From: an uncultured cyanobacterium
Lineage (GTDB): Bacteria > Cyanobacteriota > Cyanobacteriia > PCC-9006 > JAAUQQ01
Assembly: GCA_963718615.1 (NCBI GenBank)
Contig: OY970368.1
Coordinates: 1,920,001 to 1,984,000 of the forward strand
Length of the DNA: 64,000 nt
Reading direction: 5' to 3'
Below, in pieces: positions 59,804 through 64,000 of the stretch. A program made the position numbers and the translations under genes. Numbering within the stretch: position 1 is the stretch's first letter; the number at the start of each line of letters is the position of its first letter. The notes beneath the pieces were generated by a model. It saw nothing but the letters and a program-made list of their open reading frames with translations, did no database searches and was not told where the DNA came from.

Positions 59804-60697
59804 ATGGCAGCTATCTATAACGATCAACAGAAGGGAGTGGGACGTCCCCTGGTAATTAGGTATCAGAAGTTACCTCACCAATCCTTCAATCGCCATTTTT
59901 GGTGCAATCTAGGCACGATTGCCCTCTCCATCTCCCTGCCTCAGCTCATTCCCCAAGGATTTCTAGGGTTGCCTGTTGCGATACAAAACTTCAGCAACCT
60001 GCTTCAGACGGTTCATCCCATGGTGTGGATGCTATCAGTGGTTCTGCTCGTTGCCCTGCCCCTTAATATTGCCCATCGACTACGCTGCCATCCTCTGACT
60101 TTGCCCGCTGCGATCGCCCCAGACCTCCAACCCATCTCCCATCCCATCGCCTATTCCTACGACCAAGTCACCGTCATGTTTGCCGATTTAGTTGGGTTTA
60201 CCCCGCTGTCGGCTCAAATGGCCCCAGACCAATTGTTTGAACTGCTCAACTTGATTTTTTCGACCTTTGATCAACTGGTCGATCACCATCAGCTTGAAAC
60301 CATCAAAACCGTTGGCGATGCCTATATGGTGGCGGGAGGGCTGCCGGGAACCCCGGAACAGCATGCAGATGCCATGGTGGCGTTAGCGTTGGATATGCAA
60401 GAGGCGATCGCCCAAATTCGTCAAATCACCGGTAAAAATCTCTATTTGCGGATTGGTATCCATACAGGGCCTGTGGTTGCTGGCGTCATAGGGTTGAAAA
60501 AGTTGAGCTATGACCTCTGGGGCGATACGGTGAATATTGCGAGCCGCATGGAGTCGCAGGGAATTGTTGGAGGGATTCAAATGAGTGAGCATACTTATCA
60601 GTTATTGCAAGGGTCTTATGGGGTGCGATCTCTAGGCTGTAAGGAAATTAAGGGGAAGGGAGAAATGCAAACCTATACCGTTAATCCCTATGTCTGA
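59804..60697 (+). CDS. Class III adenylate cyclase with short hydrophobic N-terminus
   Basis: FADLVGFT, IKTVGDAYM, RIGIHTGPV, YDLWGDTVNIASRMES; Lys/Asp specificity residues point to ATP. Confidence 0.9.
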   Translation: MAAIYNDQQKGVGRPLVIRYQKLPHQSFNRHFWCNLGTIALSISLPQLIPQGFLGLPVAIQNFSNLLQTVHPMVWMLSVVLLVALPLNIAHRLRCHPLTLPAAIAPDLQPISHPIAYSYDQVTVMFADLVGFTPLSAQMAPDQLFELLNLIFSTFDQLVDHHQLETIKTVGDAYMVAGGLPGTPEQHADAMVALALDMQEAIAQIRQITGKNLYLRIGIHTGPVVAGVIGLKKLSYDLWGDTVNIASRMESQGIVGGIQMSEHTYQLLQGSYGVRSLGCKEIKGKGEMQTYTVNPYV

Positions 60698-60729
60698 TTG
60701 CTTGGTTCCCAGGAAATACTCGGGTTTGC

Positions 60730-60766
60730 GGGGTCACTAAGCTATGACAGATAGCAGGGTGACCCC
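60730..60766. terminator. Hairpin between convergent cyclase and RTX genes
   Basis: GGGGTCAC...GCTAT-loop-ATAGC...GTGACCCC. Confidence 0.5.
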
Positions 60767-60789
60767 ACAGCGAGTAACCTCGATGAACC

Positions 60790-61560
60790 TTAAACAAAAT
60801 TAAAGTCTCGGGCAATGTCCACCGTTCCCCAATCCGCATCCTGAACAATGCCAATCAGCCAACCTTGGTAGTAAATGCCTGTATCATACGTTGAGCTACC
60901 AACATTGTAATTGCCCACACCCAGCGTATACAGGCTGGAATTACCCACGACTTCGATCCGGTCGGTGGAGTAGGGGTCAACGCCGCCACTATAGAACGGA
61001 TCCCAATCGACAATGATATCAACGCCTTCCCAGAGGCGGAGGGCAAAGGTATCTGAGCCCATGCCACCGACTAAGGTGTCGTTACCGTAGCCACCATTCA
61101 GATAGTCACGACCATTGCCGCCGATTAGATAGTCTTGACCATTATCGCCGTATAGACAGTCGTTGTCGTTGCCGCCGAAGAGCCAGTCATCGCCGCCGCC
61201 GCCAAACATCACGTCATTGCCATTTCCTCCGTAGAGCGTATCATTGCCGGGGCCAAGGCCAAGAAAGCCATCGCTGCCGCCAAACATCCAATCATCGCCA
61301 TCCCCTCCGTCTAGGAGGTCGTGACCATCACCGCCATCCATCCAGTCATTACCGGCATCACCGTAAAGATTATCTTCGCCGCTGCCACCGTAAATTGAAT
61401 CATGGCCGGAACCACCGAATGCAAGATCGTTACCGCCATTGCCAAAGATAGTGTCGTTGCCGCCATTACCGTAAAGCGTGTCATTTTGGGGGAACCAACC
61501 GAGAAAGCCGTCGCTGCCTTCTAGGGTATCTGCGCCAAAACCACCGTGATAAACTGCCAT
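60790..61560 (-). CDS. RTX (hemolysin-type) calcium-binding repeat protein
   Basis: Many GGxGxDxLx nonapeptides; RBS AGGAG. Confidence 0.9.
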   Translation of the reverse strand: MAVYHGGFGADTLEGSDGFLGWFPQNDTLYGNGGNDTIFGNGGNDLAFGGSGHDSIYGGSGEDNLYGDAGNDWMDGGDGHDLLDGGDGDDWMFGGSDGFLGLGPGNDTLYGGNGNDVMFGGGGDDWLFGGNDNDCLYGDNGQDYLIGGNGRDYLNGGYGNDTLVGGMGSDTFALRLWEGVDIIVDWDPFYSGGVDPYSTDRIEVVGNSSLYTLGVGNYNVGSSTYDTGIYYQGWLIGIVQDADWGTVDIARDFNFV

Positions 61561-61703
61561 CGGAAAACTCCTGATTTTTGTTGTGGATTGTTTGAGAATT
61601 CACAGCCGATCTCTTGATGTTGAAGATTGAGAAATTCAACAGTTAGAGAATGTTTCTAAAGGAGAGTGCTGGGTGAATAGGAGCTTGTTTGCTCTTGCTA
61701 TTC

Positions 61704-61732
61704 TGTACTTAGAGTTGTTGATTGGCTATGCA
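61704..61732 (-). promoter_or_regulatory. Candidate promoter TGCATA-N17-AGTACA
   Basis: Upstream of the RTX gene on its coding strand. Confidence 0.55.
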
Positions 61733-61900
61733 GTTTTAATCGATTTTTTATGATTCACTTTTTCTAAAAGACTTGCTGGCTGTAGCTTCTATGATTTTCA
61801 AGAGATAACGAATTCAAAATAGATCGAAGCCTAGGGAACTTTTGATGGGTAATTTTGTCTTTTTAGGGATTTGCGATCGCCCAAGAATTCTTCTGAAATC

Positions 61901-61928
61901 TGCATAGCTTCCCAAGGAACTACAGATA
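61901..61928 (+). promoter_or_regulatory. Candidate promoter TGCATA-N16-CAGATA
   Basis: 32 nt upstream of the ATG at 61961; divergent partner of 61704-61732. Confidence 0.5.
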
Positions 61929-61960
61929 TTGATCCTAGAAACATTCACAGTGTCAACTTC

Positions 61961-62359
61961 ATGAACATGATTCAGAACTTAGTGCAGAACGTATTCGGGG
62001 CTTCCCATCAGCAGAATGAAGCGATCGCCCAAAGCTTAAAGACCGGAGGTCTCTATTCCTTCACCCAGCGAGGCAAAAGGGGGCCTTTTGGGATTGTCAA
62101 AATCTTGGTGCTAGAGCCTAAAATTGTTCATGTTCGTGTCTATAACCCCTGCTTTTCTGTTCGTCCGACGGTGGTTGAAGACTTAGATCAAGGCGTGGAA
62201 TCCTTACTCTCTGACTGGACGATTGGGCATCTGCCTTTAGCCTTGAACGAGTTTGTGAAAGCATGGCAGCCCGTGCTGTTGGTGGAAACCAGGGTGGAGG
62301 AAGAGGAATTAGAAGGCTACAATATCTGGAAAGAAGATCAAGGGGGGGTGTTTAGTTAA
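61961..62359 (+). CDS. Hypothetical protein (132 aa)
   Basis: Globular-looking ORF (GIVKILVLE..VHVRVY, IGHLPL, ELEGYNIW). ATG at 61961 preferred over TTG at 61871. Confidence 0.7.
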   Translation: MNMIQNLVQNVFGASHQQNEAIAQSLKTGGLYSFTQRGKRGPFGIVKILVLEPKIVHVRVYNPCFSVRPTVVEDLDQGVESLLSDWTIGHLPLALNEFVKAWQPVLLVETRVEEEELEGYNIWKEDQGGVFS

Positions 62360-62480
62360 TTGACGTTACCCCACCGTCGCCCTACCGTTCTGTACCTTGC
62401 GTAAGTAGGTAAGGGACTATGGGGGATGGTAGGATTGTGGGGGATGGTAGAATAGAGAAGAGGTGTTGAGGGGTAAAGCT

Positions 62481-63476
62481 ATGACGTTGTATCTCCAAGA
62501 TAAGTATATTAACCTCCTCACTGACTTTGGCTTTAAGAGAGTCTTTGGTACAGAGCCAAACAAGCACCTGTTGATTGACTTTCTGAATACGCTATTGCCA
62601 GCCAATCGCCAGATTCAGGATGTCACGTTTAAGAACAATGAGAATGTTGGTAATACGTCTGTAGACCGTAAGGCAATTTTTGATATTTACTGTCAAGGTG
62701 AGAATGGTGAGCGTTTTATCGTTGAACTCCAAAAGGCGAAACAAAACTTTTTTAAGGATAGAAGCGTTTTTTATGCAACTTTTCCAATTCAGGAGCAAGC
62801 GCTGAAGGGAGACTGGAATTTCAAACTAGCTCCGGTCTATGCGGTTGGGATCCTAGATTTCATTTTTGATGATCACAAGCATTCAACGACTCTGGTTCAC
62901 ACGGTTGATCTGAAAGATCAAAATTGCCAGGTGTTCTATGACAAACTAAAGTTTATTTATATTGAATTGCCTAAATTCAAGAAGGCAGCTAATGAGTTGG
63001 AGAGCCATAGTGATAAGTGGTTGTTTGTTTTGAAGAATCTGGCTGAGTTGAGCGATCGCCCGCAATCTCTACAAGAGGATGTGTTCAATGAACTGTTTAA
63101 CGTAGCAGAAATTGCGAATTTTTCAGCCGTTGAGCTAGATAATTATCAAGCGAGTTTAAAATACTACCGTGATCTCAATAATGTAGTGGATACCTCTCGG
63201 GAAGAAGGTCGAGCGGAAGGTCGAGCGGAAGGTCGAGCAGAAGGTCGGGCAGAAGGTCGAGCGGAAGGTCGGGTTGAAGGTAAGCAATCGCTGATTTTCC
63301 AGCAACTGGCTTTGAAGTTGGGTGAGATTCCTGAAGACACGGCTTCCCAGCTAGCTCAGCTTTCTTCCGAGGCGTTGAATGAGTTAGGGATTGCGGTGTT
63401 TGGATTTGAGGCGATCGCAGATCTCCAAGAATGGCTGAGATCAAGACCTTCTACAACCCATTCCCAATCAGAATAA
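62481..63476 (+). CDS. Rpn-family PD-(D/E)XK nuclease/putative transposase with DUF4351-like C-terminus
   Basis: TDFGFKRVFG, FDIYC, FIVELQ, FIYIELPKF, (EGRA)n linker, L..W tail. Confidence 0.88.
   Translation: MTLYLQDKYINLLTDFGFKRVFGTEPNKHLLIDFLNTLLPANRQIQDVTFKNNENVGNTSVDRKAIFDIYCQGENGERFIVELQKAKQNFFKDRSVFYATFPIQEQALKGDWNFKLAPVYAVGILDFIFDDHKHSTTLVHTVDLKDQNCQVFYDKLKFIYIELPKFKKAANELESHSDKWLFVLKNLAELSDRPQSLQEDVFNELFNVAEIANFSAVELDNYQASLKYYRDLNNVVDTSREEGRAEGRAEGRAEGRAEGRAEGRVEGKQSLIFQQLALKLGEIPEDTASQLAQLSSEALNELGIAVFGFEAIADLQEWLRSRPSTTHSQSE
63204..63281 (+). repeat. 12-bp tandem repeat GAAGGTCGRGCR (about 6 copies) encoding (EGRA)n
   Basis: Read directly from the sequence. Confidence 0.85.
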
Positions 63477-64000
63477 AGGCGGACCAGTAGTAGGGATGGC
63501 TAAGGTCGATGCTGGGGTTGAGGGGTTGGTTTTTGGCGATGACCTCGATTCCGGCACGGAAGTGGGCTAGGTCGGTGAGTTGTACGTTGCCTTCGATGAA
63601 GTCGCGGCTGACCTGTTGCAGGGCGGCCACTTTTGTGGTGCCGGGTTTTCCGAGATAGTTGTAGAAGCGTTGCATGTAGGCTCCGGTGGCGGGGTCGTTG
63701 ACTTGCCAGAGGGAGGCGATCACGGCTTTTGCGCCGCGTTGGAGGAAGGCGTTGCTGATGCCTGCGATTTCGATGCCGTCTTGGTCGCGACGGTCTCCGA
63801 GGGCGGTTTCGCAGGCGGAGAGGACGACTAGATGCACATTGGCGAGATCATCAAGGGTGTCGATTTCGGCGACGGGGAAGTGGCTGCCATCGCCGAGGAC
63901 GAGGAAGGATTTGCCGATATCGCCGGGTTCAAATTTGCCGTGGGTGGCGAGGTGGAGGATGTCGTGGCCGCTGAGCTGGGTTTTGATGCGGGTGGCGGTG
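63451..64000 (-). CDS. C-terminal part of CHAT protease #4 (runs off the window)
   Basis: Frame stays open to the window edge: ILHLATHGKF, LSACETA, ASLWQVND, HPYYWSAFILIGNGL. Confidence 0.9.
   Translation of the reverse strand, partial: TATRIKTQLSGHDILHLATHGKFEPGDIGKSFLVLGDGSHFPVAEIDTLDDLANVHLVVLSACETALGDRRDQDGIEIAGISNAFLQRGAKAVIASLWQVNDPATGAYMQRFYNYLGKPGTTKVAALQQVSRDFIEGNVQLTDLAHFRAGIEVIAKNQPLNPSIDLSHPYYWSAFILIGNGL

Noticed and set aside
18713-62778. Other TGCATA/TATGCA hexamers (e.g. ~18713, ~30082, ~31226, ~53395, ~55847, ~60394, ~62773)
   Set aside because: Inside coding sequences and not positioned ahead of a gene start; treated as background.
37523-64000. CRISPR type III (Craspase/SAVED-CHAT) locus or diversity-generating retroelement
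   Set aside because: No repeat-spacer array, cas gene, SAVED/CARF domain or reverse transcriptase is seen. The differences between the 490-bp repeats are not adenine-specific.
1-64000. Frequent GCGATCGC octamers as a novel repeat; tRNA, rRNA or IS elements
   Set aside because: GCGATCGC is the known cyanobacterial HIP1 sequence. No structural RNA gene or DDE transposase with terminal repeats was recognised.

Overview
Cyanobacterial chromosomal DNA, judged from the abundant HIP1 octamer GCGATCGC and genes such as hpsL and the hox cluster. There are four zones. (1) 1-1.3 kb: the tail of an integron-like cassette array, with attC-like hairpins flanking an AT-rich TPR-Arr rifampin ADP-ribosyltransferase gene and an unannotated 50-aa glycine-zipper ORF. 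(2) 1.3-15 kb: a pentameric ligand-gated ion channel with a solute-binding domain at each end, then hpsL, a pentapeptide-repeat membrane protein, a hybrid histidine kinase, a TAXI-like protein, glcF and mtgA. (3) 15-37.5 kb: a fermentation/hydrogen cluster (ppsA, hoxEFUYH, hoxW, hypABFC, nifJ, DHOD-like gene, hypDE), plus a divergent acetate-CoA ligase/GNAT gene split by a -1 frameshift in a G7 run. (4) 37.5-64 kb: a protease-signalling island with four TPR-CHAT genes, a CHAT-CHASE2 membrane protein, DUF928-like, sigma-like and DUF1822-like genes, a trypsin-like protease, a Tat-exported caspase, an adenylate cyclase and an RTX protein. The main finding is a motif, TGCATA-N16/17-NN(T/G/A)A(T/C)(A/G), found in the correct orientation upstream of nine genes of this island, including three divergent pairs and the sigma-like gene itself. 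This suggests a dedicated sigma regulon controlled by an envelope-spanning caspase-family protease cascade. All family assignments come from motif recognition by eye; no database searches were run.
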